A DNA stretch of 64,000 nt. Origin: Acidimicrobiales bacterium (GTDB lineage: Bacteria > Actinomycetota > Acidimicrobiia > Acidimicrobiales > Salinilacustritrichaceae). Positions 9,777-18,717 of this stretch are shown here, in pieces. The DNA is taken from contig DATKWD010000108.1 in assembly GCA_035529695.1 (NCBI GenBank), forward strand, positions 27,508 to 91,507, given 5' to 3'. A model generated the notes under the pieces. The model did no database searches, was not told where the DNA came from, and saw nothing but the letters and a program-made list of their open reading frames with translations. Numbering within the stretch: position 1 is the stretch's first letter; every line of letters begins with the position of its first letter. Made by a program: the position numbers and the translations under genes.

Positions 9777-12700
9777 TCAACGGGCACGCGACGGGCGCCA
9801 GGTCAGTCCCTTGTAGCCATCGGTGAAGCCTGCGGCGATGAGCACTTCGGCGTGCGGTGACTCGGCCACACGGGCTCGGTCGATCTTGCGGATCTCGAGG
9901 TTCCGGTACCGCCCCGACGTGGCGAGATCCTTGATGGCCTCGGCCCATCGGTGGTCGTGGCCGGTGCGGTCGAAGGTGACGAGAGCATGTCCACCACGCT
10001 CGACGTACACCGCAGGGACACCGTCGATGAGCACCACGTGTGCGCCGGCTTGGCGGGCGGGACGACCCGCCGACTCGGGCCACGGCAACGACGCGCCGTA
10101 GGGCTGAGCGGGGTCGGTGGCCGCCAGCAGCACCGGCACGTCGTCGGGGTCGGGGTCACGCATCGATCGAAGCCGATCGACCGCACCGGGCACGGCGAAC
10201 TGCGCCGCCCCACGACCTGCGACGAAGTAGCCGCGCCGCACCTCACCCCGTTCCTCGAGGGCCTTGAGCATCGGATAGACGCCGGCGAACCCCCCTTGGG
10301 CGCCCTCGCCCAGCGCCGCTTCACGGGTCAACACGCCGTAGCGTTCGAGAAGCTGCTGGGCCCGCGCGTGGGCGACCTCGGTCGGCGCCGGGTGAGGCTG
10401 GAGCAGCGGCGCCACCGCGGACCACCGGCCCGAGCCCGCCGGCGGGCCGAGGCGCGACAAACGACCCGGACGCGGGCGGCCACGTCCCCGGTTCGCCGCC
10501 GACCGCCGGGGCCGACCGGCGAGATACGAACGGAGCGGCGCCAGCGAGTCGTTGGTGACGTGCCCCGCCCACACAAGATCCCACAACGCGGCAAGCACGG
10601 CCTCGTCGTCGTAGTCGTGGCCGGCGCCGTGCACTGCCCCGAGCACGTCGGTCCAGAACGACGCACCCCGGGCGGTGAGGTGATCGAGGATCGCCGACTG
10701 CACATCTCCCTCGGGGACCTCGTCCGGGCTCGGGACGAGCAGCGGGGCCTGATCTCGAAAGACGAGCCGCACGCGGCCGTCGCGGGCGCCGAGCGACCCG
10801 GCACCGATCCAGACGATCTCGCCGGTCGAACAGAGTCGGTCGAGGTCGGCGGGGCGGTACTCGGCGAGCCGAGCAGGAAGCAGATCGGCCTCGAGCACCG
10901 AGGCGACCAGTGGGGCACCCGACAGCTGGCCGAGCGAGTCGATCAGGGCATCGAAGGACCGCCGTTGGCTCCCGACGTGGTGCCACGCAGGGAGGAACCG
11001 CCCCAGGGCATCGCCTTCGACCGGTTCGACCTCGCGACGCAGCGCCGCCAACGAGCGACGCCGCAGCATCTTCAGGACGTCTTCGTCGCACCACTCGCGA
11101 GCGGCACCTCCGGGCCGGAACTCGCCTCGCACAACCCGCGACTGTGCTTCGAGCGCCTCGAGTGCCGGCCGGACGCGATCGAGCTGGACGCCGTATCGGC
11201 GCGCCAGGTCGTCGGTCACGAACGGCCCGTGGGTCTTGGCGTAGCGCGCGGCCAACTCGACCCACGGGGCGTCCTGGACCTCGGTGAACGCGATCGGCAA
11301 TCCCATCGGCGCCGCGACCCCGAGCGCATCACGCAACCGGCCGGCGTCCTCGGCGGCAGCGATCCGTTCTTCGCCCGCGATGTTGACCCGGTAGGCGCGG
11401 CGCACGGCTTCGAGCTCGGCGACCAGTGCGTCTGCGTCGGTGCCGACGGTGCGGCCGTCGATCTCGAGCAGGCTCAGCGGGCCGAGCCGGCGCAGCAGAT
11501 CGTGCACCTCGTCGGCATCGCGGGCCCGACGACCTTCGACGAGGCATTGGAGTTCGAGTTCGAGGTCGGCCAGCGCTTCGGGATCGATGAGCTCGCGGAG
11601 CTCCTCTGCGCCCAGCAGCTCGCGCAACAGGTCGCGGTCGAGCGACAACGCAGCAGCACGCCGCTCGGCCAGCGGTGCATCGCCTTCGTACATGTACACC
11701 GCGATCCAGCCGAACATGAGCGACTGGGCGAAGGGCGAGGCTCGGTCGGTCTCGACGGTGACCATCCGGACCCGACGGCTCCGCAGGTCGGTGAGGACCT
11801 GCTTCAGGGCCGGCACGTCGAACACGTCGTTCATGCACTCGCGGGTCGCTTCGAGCAGCATCGGGAACGTCGGATACTTCGCAGCGACACCGAGGAGGTC
11901 GGCAGCCTTCTGGCGCTGCTGCCACAACGGTGTGCGGCGGTCCGGCCGGCGTCGCGGCAGCAACAGGGCGCGACCGGCACACTCTCGGAACCGGCTGGCG
12001 AACATCGCGGTCTGAGGCAACTGCCGGACGAGGAGTTCCTCGAGTTCGTCGGGATCGACCGTCAGCAGCTCGACGGGGATCTCGTCGATGGCTTCGGGCA
12101 ACCGCAACACGATGCCGTCGTCGCTCCACATCAACTCGACCTCCATCCCCCACTCCTCGGCGAGCAGGAGCTGGAGCGCCATTCCCCACGGCGCATGGAC
12201 CTGGGCGCCGAACGGTGACAACACACAGATCCGCCAGTCACCGATCTCGTCGCGGAACCGTTCGACGACGATGGTCCGATCGTCGGGCAGCGCCCCGGTC
12301 GCCTCGGCCTGCTCGTCGAGATACGCCACGAGATTCGTCGCCGCTCGCGGATCGAGGCCGTGGTCTCGACGAAGGACTTCGACCGGATCGTCGACGGTCC
12401 GGATCTCGCGCACGAACGCGCCGATCGCCTGACCGAGCTCGAGCGGACGTCCCGGCCCGTCTCCGTGCCAGAAGGGCATCTTCCCCGGCTGTCCGGGCGC
12501 CGGGGTGACGACGACGCGCTCGAAGGTGATGTCCTCGATGCGCCACGTCGACGCACCGAGCAGAAAGGTCTCGCCGGGACGGCTCTCGTAGACCATCTCC
12601 TCGTCGAGCTCGCCGACTCTCGTGCCATCGGGGAGGAACACGCCGAACAGGCCGCGGTCCGGAATCGTTCCGGCGTTGGTGACTGCCAGCCTCTGAGCGC

Positions 12701-14405
12701 CCGCTCGCCCGCGGACCACCCCCTCGATGCGGTCCCAGACGATGCGGGGCCTCAGCTCACCGAACTCCTCGGACGGATAGCGACCCGCCAGCAGATCGAG
12801 GACCGAGTGCAGGACGTCGTCGGACAGCTCGGCGAAGTTCGCCGAGCCACGGATCACGGCCTTCACGTCGTCGAGCGACCATTCGTCGAGCGCGCACATG
12901 GCCACGATCTGCTGCGACAGAACGTCCAGGGGGTTGCGCACGAAGTGGGTGTGCTCGATCTCACCGTCGACCATGCGCTTCACCACCACCGCCGCCTCGA
13001 GAAGGTCGTGGCGGTGCTTCGGGAACAACTTCCCGGTGCTCGGTTGGCCGACCTGGTGACCGGCACGGCCGATCCGCTGGAGGCCCCGGCTGACCGCACC
13101 GGGTGACTCCACCTGGATCACGAGGTCGACTGCACCCATGTCGATGCCGAGCTCGAGGCTGCTCGTGGCGACCAGGCCCTTGAGGCGCCCGGCCTTGAGG
13201 TCGTCCTCGATCTGCAGCCGGCGCTCGCGGCTCAGCGAGCCGTGATGAGCCCGGACCAACTCGACCCCTTCGGCGAACTCGTCCGACAGTGGCGCCCGTC
13301 CCTCGGCCTCGGCCGCGCGGTTGATGCCCTCGACGTGCAGTTCGTTGAGGCGGATCGCCAAGCGCTCTGCGAGACGCCGTGCGTTCACGAAGATCAGCGT
13401 CGAGTGGTGTGCCTTCACCAGTTCGAGGAGCTCGGGGTGCATCGCCGGCCAGATGCTTCGTCGCACCGGACCGGCAGCGGCGGGCCCGGACGTCGGCTCG
13501 TCGACGATGGTGCCCAACTCGGCCATGTCGTCCACCGGGACGACGACCTCGATGTCGAGGACCTTGCGGATGCCCGCATCGACGATCCTCACCGGCCGAG
13601 GCGAGCCGTCGGCGCGACGGCCGACCAGGAAGTCGGCGATCTCCTCCAACGGTCGTTGCGTCGCAGACAACCCGATTCTCTGCAATGTGCTGTTCCGTTC
13701 CCCGGCCACGGAGGCCGCGCTGTCCCGTTCCCCGGCCACGGAGGCCGCAACCGGCCGCTCACTCGCTGGCGCTCCCTCGCTCGCACCATCAAGTCGCTCC
13801 GGCGATGGAGTGTCCCCATCGCTCCCTCTTTCCACTTGCATGGCCTCCAAGCGTTCGAGGCTCAGTGAGAGGTGGGCGCCTCTCTTGGTGGCGGCGAGCG
13901 CGTGGATCTCGTCGATGATCACCGCATCGACCCGGGTCAGGGTCTCGCGGGCCTTGCTGGTGAGCATCAGGTAGAGCGATTCCGGTGTCGTGATGAGGAT
14001 GTCGGGTGGCGACCTGACCAGGCGACGCCGCTCGTCGGGAGGGGTGTCACCCGTGCGGATGCCGACGGTCGGCTCGACGACCTCGACCCCGAGGCGATCG
14101 GCCGCGACCCTGATACCGGTCAGCGGGGCCCGCAGGTTCTTCTCGACGTCGACGGCGAGGGCGCGCAGCGGCGAGATGTAGAGAATTCGAGTGTGGCGAT
14201 CGTCCGGATCAGTCGGCTCGGACACCAACTGGTCGATCCCCCACAGGAATGCCGAGAGCGTCTTGCCCGACCCGGTGGGGGCGAGGATCAGAGCGTTGTG
14301 GCCGTCGGCGATGGCCGGCCACCCTTGTTCCTGCGGCGGTGTCGCAGCAGCGAACGAGGCTTCGAACCACGCCCGGACGGGTTCGGAGAACCGATCGAGC
14401 GCCAT
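9777..14405 (-). CDS. lhr: Lhr-family large ATP-dependent DEAH helicase (1542 aa)
   Basis: Motif I APTGSGKT, motif II DEIH, motif III SAT, HHGSLSRE and QRIGRAGH, followed by the long Lhr C-terminal extension. Confidence 0.9.
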   Translation of the reverse strand: MALDRFSEPVRAWFEASFAAATPPQEQGWPAIADGHNALILAPTGSGKTLSAFLWGIDQLVSEPTDPDDRHTRILYISPLRALAVDVEKNLRAPLTGIRVAADRLGVEVVEPTVGIRTGDTPPDERRRLVRSPPDILITTPESLYLMLTSKARETLTRVDAVIIDEIHALAATKRGAHLSLSLERLEAMQVERGSDGDTPSPERLDGASEGAPASERPVAASVAGERDSAASVAGERNSTLQRIGLSATQRPLEEIADFLVGRRADGSPRPVRIVDAGIRKVLDIEVVVPVDDMAELGTIVDEPTSGPAAAGPVRRSIWPAMHPELLELVKAHHSTLIFVNARRLAERLAIRLNELHVEGINRAAEAEGRAPLSDEFAEGVELVRAHHGSLSRERRLQIEDDLKAGRLKGLVATSSLELGIDMGAVDLVIQVESPGAVSRGLQRIGRAGHQVGQPSTGKLFPKHRHDLLEAAVVVKRMVDGEIEHTHFVRNPLDVLSQQIVAMCALDEWSLDDVKAVIRGSANFAELSDDVLHSVLDLLAGRYPSEEFGELRPRIVWDRIEGVVRGRAGAQRLAVTNAGTIPDRGLFGVFLPDGTRVGELDEEMVYESRPGETFLLGASTWRIEDITFERVVVTPAPGQPGKMPFWHGDGPGRPLELGQAIGAFVREIRTVDDPVEVLRRDHGLDPRAATNLVAYLDEQAEATGALPDDRTIVVERFRDEIGDWRICVLSPFGAQVHAPWGMALQLLLAEEWGMEVELMWSDDGIVLRLPEAIDEIPVELLTVDPDELEELLVRQLPQTAMFASRFRECAGRALLLPRRRPDRRTPLWQQRQKAADLLGVAAKYPTFPMLLEATRECMNDVFDVPALKQVLTDLRSRRVRMVTVETDRASPFAQSLMFGWIAVYMYEGDAPLAERRAAALSLDRDLLRELLGAEELRELIDPEALADLELELQCLVEGRRARDADEVHDLLRRLGPLSLLEIDGRTVGTDADALVAELEAVRRAYRVNIAGEERIAAAEDAGRLRDALGVAAPMGLPIAFTEVQDAPWVELAARYAKTHGPFVTDDLARRYGVQLDRVRPALEALEAQSRVVRGEFRPGGAAREWCDEDVLKMLRRRSLAALRREVEPVEGDALGRFLPAWHHVGSQRRSFDALIDSLGQLSGAPLVASVLEADLLPARLAEYRPADLDRLCSTGEIVWIGAGSLGARDGRVRLVFRDQAPLLVPSPDEVPEGDVQSAILDHLTARGASFWTDVLGAVHGAGHDYDDEAVLAALWDLVWAGHVTNDSLAPLRSYLAGRPRRSAANRGRGRPRPGRLSRLGPPAGSGRWSAVAPLLQPHPAPTEVAHARAQQLLERYGVLTREAALGEGAQGGFAGVYPMLKALEERGEVRRGYFVAGRGAAQFAVPGAVDRLRSMRDPDPDDVPVLLAATDPAQPYGASLPWPESAGRPARQAGAHVVLIDGVPAVYVERGGHALVTFDRTGHDHRWAEAIKDLATSGRYRNLEIRKIDRARVAESPHAEVLIAAGFTDGYKGLTWRPSRAR
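13690..13749. repeat. In-frame 2 x 30-nt tandem duplication inside lhr
   Basis: gctgttccgttccccggccacggaggccgc is followed directly by gctgtcccgttccccggccacggaggccgc (1 mismatch). On the minus strand this encodes AASVAGERDS/AASVAGERNS. Confidence 0.9.
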
Positions 14406-14486
14406 CGACTCAACGTATCGACCCGGCGTGACACGCCACCCGCGAACCCGTCACGGCCACGATCCGCGCCGATAGCCTCGGCCGCC

Positions 14487-15431
14487 ATGAAGCTGTCGGT
14501 CGACCCGGATCGCTGCGCGCCGTTCAACCGCAACGCCGGCATCGATCCGATCGGCAGCGCCGGCCACTACCACTCGTTCATCCTCGTCGAGGTCGCACTG
14601 CCGTGGCCTCGGGAGATCACCCTCGCGGACGAACTGGCCGGCGTCACCGACGTGATCGACGCCGTCGAGGCCCGCGACGGGCGGCTGGTCCGGGTCCTCG
14701 GCATCGTGCCGCTCGGCGACCGGGGTGAGCAGCAGCGCAGAATCATCCACTACCACCGGGCGGTCTCCGAGCAGGTCACTGCTTTCGACGGTCACGAGCT
14801 GGTGATCGAGGCCGGCGACGAGGTCGCCACGATCGAGGCCATGCTCGACGAACCCGACAGCGCACGGCTCACGCCGGTCGCCGGCCCGGACGTTCTCATC
14901 TGCACCCACGGCAGCCGCGACGTGTGCTGCGGCGGCGACGGCATGCGCCTCCACCTGGCGGCAGCCGACGGTCTTCAGGGGGTACGGGTGTGGCGCTGCA
15001 GCCACACCGGAGGACACCGGTTCGCTCCCACCTCGATCACCTTCCCAGACGGCCGGTTCTGGGCATATCTGGATGAAGAGAAGCTCGCCGCCATCGTCGA
15101 CCGGAACATCGATCCGGCCTCGCTTCGCCACAACGACCGAGGCTCATCGGGCTTCGGGTCTCCGTTCGCCCAGATCGCCGAGCGCGAACTGTTCGCCGTC
15201 ATCGGTTGGACCATGAACGACGGCTCTCGTTGGGTCGTCCACGAGGAGAATGACGGCAGGCGCGGCTCGGCACAGATCGTGCACGAGGCGCCCGACGGCA
15301 CACGCACCTCGGTCGAGGTCAGTTCCGAGCTCGCGCAGCGGTACCCGGCGATGGTGTGCGGCGAAGGAGCCGATCCGAGCGGGAAGACCTTCGACGAGTA
15401 CCGAGTGATCTCGACCAAGCACCAGCCCTGA
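14487..15431 (+). CDS. Sucrase/ferredoxin-like (thioredoxin-like [2Fe-2S]) family protein
   Basis: Cys/His motifs ICTHGSRDVCCG and CSHTGGHRFAP. ATG 14487 (MKLSVDPDRC). The upstream part of the 519-aa ORF is antisense to lhr. Confidence 0.7.
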   Translation: MKLSVDPDRCAPFNRNAGIDPIGSAGHYHSFILVEVALPWPREITLADELAGVTDVIDAVEARDGRLVRVLGIVPLGDRGEQQRRIIHYHRAVSEQVTAFDGHELVIEAGDEVATIEAMLDEPDSARLTPVAGPDVLICTHGSRDVCCGGDGMRLHLAAADGLQGVRVWRCSHTGGHRFAPTSITFPDGRFWAYLDEEKLAAIVDRNIDPASLRHNDRGSSGFGSPFAQIAERELFAVIGWTMNDGSRWVVHEENDGRRGSAQIVHEAPDGTRTSVEVSSELAQRYPAMVCGEGADPSGKTFDEYRVISTKHQP

Positions 15432-15442
15432 CACCCCCGCCT

Positions 15443-15491
15443 GATCTTCGTTGCTCTCCTGCCACATAGTGGCGACAGAGCAACGAAGATC
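15443..15491 (+). terminator. Long perfect hairpin (15-bp outer stem plus 5-bp inner stem) after the 14487..15431 gene
   Basis: gatcttcgttgctct (15443-15457) pairs perfectly with agagcaacgaagatc (15477-15491). An inner gccac/gtggc stem lies in between. There is no U-tract. Confidence 0.4.
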
Positions 15492-15569
15492 CCGGGGGGA
15501 GGGGTGGTTGCATCGCGAGCCCTTGGTCCGCGAGCGGCCTGGCGGTTGGCCGATAGCGTCTGTATCGGC

Positions 15570-16292
15570 ATGACCGAACGCACACCACTTGTTCACCACG
15601 TCGGACATGAAGATCACCGGGGCATCGGTGGCGGCCAGGCGCGCGCCGCCGTGTTCGGCTTCTCCGACGGCCTGGTGTCGAACGTGTCGCTCGTGCTCGG
15701 CGTCGCAGGCAGCTCGGCGGGGGCCGACTTCGTCCGTCTCGCCGGCGTGGCCGGGCTCGTGGCGGGCGCCGTCTCGATGGCCGCCGGAGAGTACGTGTCG
15801 ATGCAGGCCCAACGCGAGCTCCTCGAGCGCGAGCTCGCAATCGAGCGACGAGAACTGGCACGCAATCCCGAGGCCGAGACGCGTGAGCTGGCCGGCATCT
15901 ACCGCTCGCGGGGTGTCGCAGCCGAGACCGCACAAACGCTGGCCGAGGAGATGATGCGCGACCCCGAGGTGGCCCTCGAGGTCCACGCTCGCGAAGAGCT
16001 GGGCGTCGACCCGTCCGACCTGGGCTCACCGGTCGGTGCCGCACTGGCGTCGCTCGCGGCATTCGCCTCGGGCGCCCTCATCCCCGTGGTGCCCTGGTTC
16101 TTCGCGTCAGGGACCGCTGCGATCGTGCTCTCACTGGTGCTCGGCCTGGTGGCCGCCCTCGCCGCCGGTGCCATCCTCGGGGTGGTGACCGAGCGGTCGC
16201 GTGTCCGGTCGGCGCTCCGGCAGGCCGGGATCATGATCGGCGCATCGGCAGTCACCTACGCCATCGGCGCCGCCATCGGCGTCAGCGTCTGA
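15570..16292 (+). CDS. VIT1/CCC1-family Fe/Mn transporter
   Basis: The FGFSDGLVSNVSLVLGVAG motif, a central coiled acidic loop (ELLERELAIERRELA), and C-terminal TM helices. ATG 15570. Confidence 0.8.
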   Translation: MTERTPLVHHVGHEDHRGIGGGQARAAVFGFSDGLVSNVSLVLGVAGSSAGADFVRLAGVAGLVAGAVSMAAGEYVSMQAQRELLERELAIERRELARNPEAETRELAGIYRSRGVAAETAQTLAEEMMRDPEVALEVHAREELGVDPSDLGSPVGAALASLAAFASGALIPVVPWFFASGTAAIVLSLVLGLVAALAAGAILGVVTERSRVRSALRQAGIMIGASAVTYAIGAAIGVSV

Positions 16293-16325
16293 CGGCGGTC
16301 ACCCGTTCCGTCGGCGATTTCGCGG

Positions 16326-16389
16326 TCTGCCGTCGACCCCACTGCCCAGAGCCACCAGAACCACGACGAAAACGGGGATCGACGGCAGA
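16326..16389. terminator. Inverted repeat between convergent genes (possible bidirectional terminator)
   Basis: tctgccgtcgacccc (16326-16340) pairs with ggggatcgacggcaga (16374-16389), with one bulge and a 33-nt loop. Confidence 0.3.
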
Positions 16390-16394
16390 GAGCG

Positions 16395-17060
16395 TCACCG
16401 GCGACTGATCAGGGTGACGCCGTCGGACAGCGGGAGCATGGCGATGTCGAGGCGGTCGTCGACCGCGACGGCGTCGTTGAACGCGCGGATGGCCCGGGTG
16501 TTCTCGTCGTCGACATCAGGATCGACGACTGCGCCGCTCCACAGCACGTTGTCGACCGCGACCACACCGCGGTCGGTGAGGCGGGGCAGCAAGGCCTCGA
16601 GGTAGGCGGCGTAGTTGGGCTTGTCGGCATCGATGAAGGCGAAGTCGAACGTCGGCAGCTCGGGCATCGCTGCGACCGACGCGAGCGCGGGGCCGAGCCG
16701 GAGATCGATCTTGTCGGCCACCCCGGCCTGCTCCCAGAACGGCCGTCCGACCGAGGTCCATTCGTCGCTCACGTCGAGGCAGATGAGCTGGCCGTCGTCG
16801 GGCAGCCCGCGGGCGATGCAGAGCGCCGAGTAGCCGGTGAACGTGCCGATCTCGATGGCGTGCTGTACCCCCATGGCCCGCACGAACCAGGTCAGGAACG
16901 CACCCTGCTCGGGGGCGATCTGCATCATCGCGAAGTCGCCCGCGTGCTCGGCGGTCGCGTCGATCAGGCCCAAGAGCACCTCATCGGGCGGTGTCGAGTG
17001 CTCGACGAGGTATGTGTGGAGGTCGTCGGTCAGTTGAACATGCTTCGGGCCATCAGCCAT
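16395..17060 (-). CDS. Class I SAM-dependent O-methyltransferase (caffeoyl-CoA OMT-like, Methyltransf_3)
   Basis: IEIGTFTGYSAL (motif I), DFAFIDADKPNY and VAVDNVLWSG are typical of cation-dependent OMTs. Confidence 0.85.
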   Translation of the reverse strand: MADGPKHVQLTDDLHTYLVEHSTPPDEVLLGLIDATAEHAGDFAMMQIAPEQGAFLTWFVRAMGVQHAIEIGTFTGYSALCIARGLPDDGQLICLDVSDEWTSVGRPFWEQAGVADKIDLRLGPALASVAAMPELPTFDFAFIDADKPNYAAYLEALLPRLTDRGVVAVDNVLWSGAVVDPDVDDENTRAIRAFNDAVAVDDRLDIAMLPLSDGVTLISRR

Positions 17061-17091
17061 CGGAGATGCGTAGCACGGCGGCGACGATCCA

Positions 17092-18678
17092 TCATCCGAT
17101 CCGCATCACCCGGGCGGGATAGCCGGTCGCTCCCGACGGGAAGGGGGCAGCCCGTTCGTCGGTCTGCGTGACGCCCTCGCCGTCGGTCGCTCGGGCCTCG
17201 ACGACGTACTCGCCGGGTCCGACATCCCACTCGAACAGCCATTGCCGCCAGGTGTCATCGCCGGGCACCCCGGCCAGCTGCGCCTCTTGCCACGATCCGC
17301 CATCGACGCGGACCTCGACCTTCGAGATGCCGATGTGGGGTGCCCAGGCCACCCCGGCCAGCGCGACCTTCCCTGCCGGGGCCGCGCCCCGGGGCGTATC
17401 GATCCGGCACTGGGTCCTCACGGGCGCGATCTCGACCCACCCACGCTTGACCCAGTACTGGTCGAAGTCGTCGAAGGTCGCCAACTCGAGCTCGCTCAGC
17501 CACTTGGTCGCCGACACATAGCCGTAGAGACCGGGCACGATCATGCGGACCGGGAAACCGTGGACCACCGGAAGGGGCTCGCCGTTCATGCCGACGGCGA
17601 GGATGGCGTCGCGATCACGGGTCTGTGCCACCGGGAAACCGCACGTGTACCCGTCGACCGAGCGTCCGACGAGCTGGGTCGCGTTCGGATCGACCCCGGC
17701 GTCGTCGAGAATGCGGTCGATGCGGGTTCCGAGCCAGCGGGCGTTGCCGACGAGGCCGCCGCCGACCTCGTTCGACACGCAGCTGATGGTGACATCGACC
17801 TCGTCCATCGGCATTGCGAGGATGTCGTCGTAGGTGAAGTCGAGCTCCTGGTCGACCATTCCCTTCACCCGCAACCGCCACGACGCCGGGTCGACCTGCG
17901 GGATCGTGAGCGCGGTGTCGATCCGGTAGAAGTCGCTGTTGGGCGTGACGAACGACGACAGGCCGTCGATGCCGAAATCGACGTCGCCGGGCAGTGGCGC
18001 CGCGGGACGATCGGCCGCGGTGAGCCGAACCTGCTCGCGCGCCTTTTCAGCCGAGAACCGGTCGCGAAGACGTCGACCACCGGCGGCGAGGACCATCGCC
18101 GCGACCGCTGCCGCGCCGGCAAACCCCAGGAAGACCCGCCGCTCGGCCTCACCCGCGCCGGGGACCGAACGGTGAGAGCCGCGCGGTTGAGCTGCGGCGC
18201 CTTCGTCGGGAGCAAGGAACAACAGGACCCGAAGCGTCGCGATCCCGGCGACGACAGCGAAGACCAGTGGAATGACTGCGGCGGGCGTGCCGTCTGCGAG
18301 CCGCGCCGACGCGAAGATGCCCAGCACGCCGAACCCGACGAAACCCACGTCGCCGACGAGCCGGTTCTCCGCGGCCTTGCGTCCGAGCGCCGAACCGATC
18401 AACAACGCGATCAAGGTCGTGCCGATCACCAGGGCGGGCTTGTCGTTCCGACCGAAGACGGCGATGGCCTGGCGAGCGAGGTCGCCGGGAGTGAAATCGA
18501 TGACCATGTCACCGACGGCGACGACCGGCGACGGTGCGCCCTCGATCAGCCCTGAGAGGAACTCGCCCGTCGCCAGGGCAGCCGCGACCGCGACCACCCC
18601 GGACAGGCGAGGCCAGACCCGGTCAGCAGCGGCAACATCCACCGACACAGTGTCCCGCACGACTGCCGCCGAACCCAC
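17092..18678 (-). CDS. Membrane-anchored molybdopterin-dependent oxidoreductase (sulfite-oxidase fold)
   Basis: An N-terminal block of about 200 aa with several hydrophobic helices, then a Moco domain with ISCVSNEVGG (Mo-ligand Cys context) and an Ig-like dimerisation C-terminus. Confidence 0.75.
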   Translation of the reverse strand: MGSAAVVRDTVSVDVAAADRVWPRLSGVVAVAAALATGEFLSGLIEGAPSPVVAVGDMVIDFTPGDLARQAIAVFGRNDKPALVIGTTLIALLIGSALGRKAAENRLVGDVGFVGFGVLGIFASARLADGTPAAVIPLVFAVVAGIATLRVLLFLAPDEGAAAQPRGSHRSVPGAGEAERRVFLGFAGAAAVAAMVLAAGGRRLRDRFSAEKAREQVRLTAADRPAAPLPGDVDFGIDGLSSFVTPNSDFYRIDTALTIPQVDPASWRLRVKGMVDQELDFTYDDILAMPMDEVDVTISCVSNEVGGGLVGNARWLGTRIDRILDDAGVDPNATQLVGRSVDGYTCGFPVAQTRDRDAILAVGMNGEPLPVVHGFPVRMIVPGLYGYVSATKWLSELELATFDDFDQYWVKRGWVEIAPVRTQCRIDTPRGAAPAGKVALAGVAWAPHIGISKVEVRVDGGSWQEAQLAGVPGDDTWRQWLFEWDVGPGEYVVEARATDGEGVTQTDERAAPFPSGATGYPARVMRIG

Positions 18679-18717
18679 GTGCTGACCATGACGAAGTCCT
18701 GAACAATCGCGTAGTGC

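Noticed and set aside
9951-12218. 755-aa ORF antisense to lhr, together with other long antisense ORFs such as 10321..11265, 3819..5375, 17242..18555, 36102..37487, 57850..59106 and 63184..63987
   Set aside because: These translations are R/G/D/E-rich with no motifs, and each lies opposite or out of frame to a gene with clear family signatures.
13690-13749. Direct repeats considered as a CRISPR-like array
   Set aside because: There are only two abutting copies with no spacers, in frame inside the lhr coding sequence. No cas genes are present in the window.
15492-15569. Possible Mn (yybP-ykoY-type) riboswitch in the leader of the VIT-family transporter
   Set aside because: The G-rich stretch ccggggggaggggtgg does not reproduce the conserved riboswitch core as I remember it, and I could not draw a four-helix architecture by eye. 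A covariance-model scan is needed.
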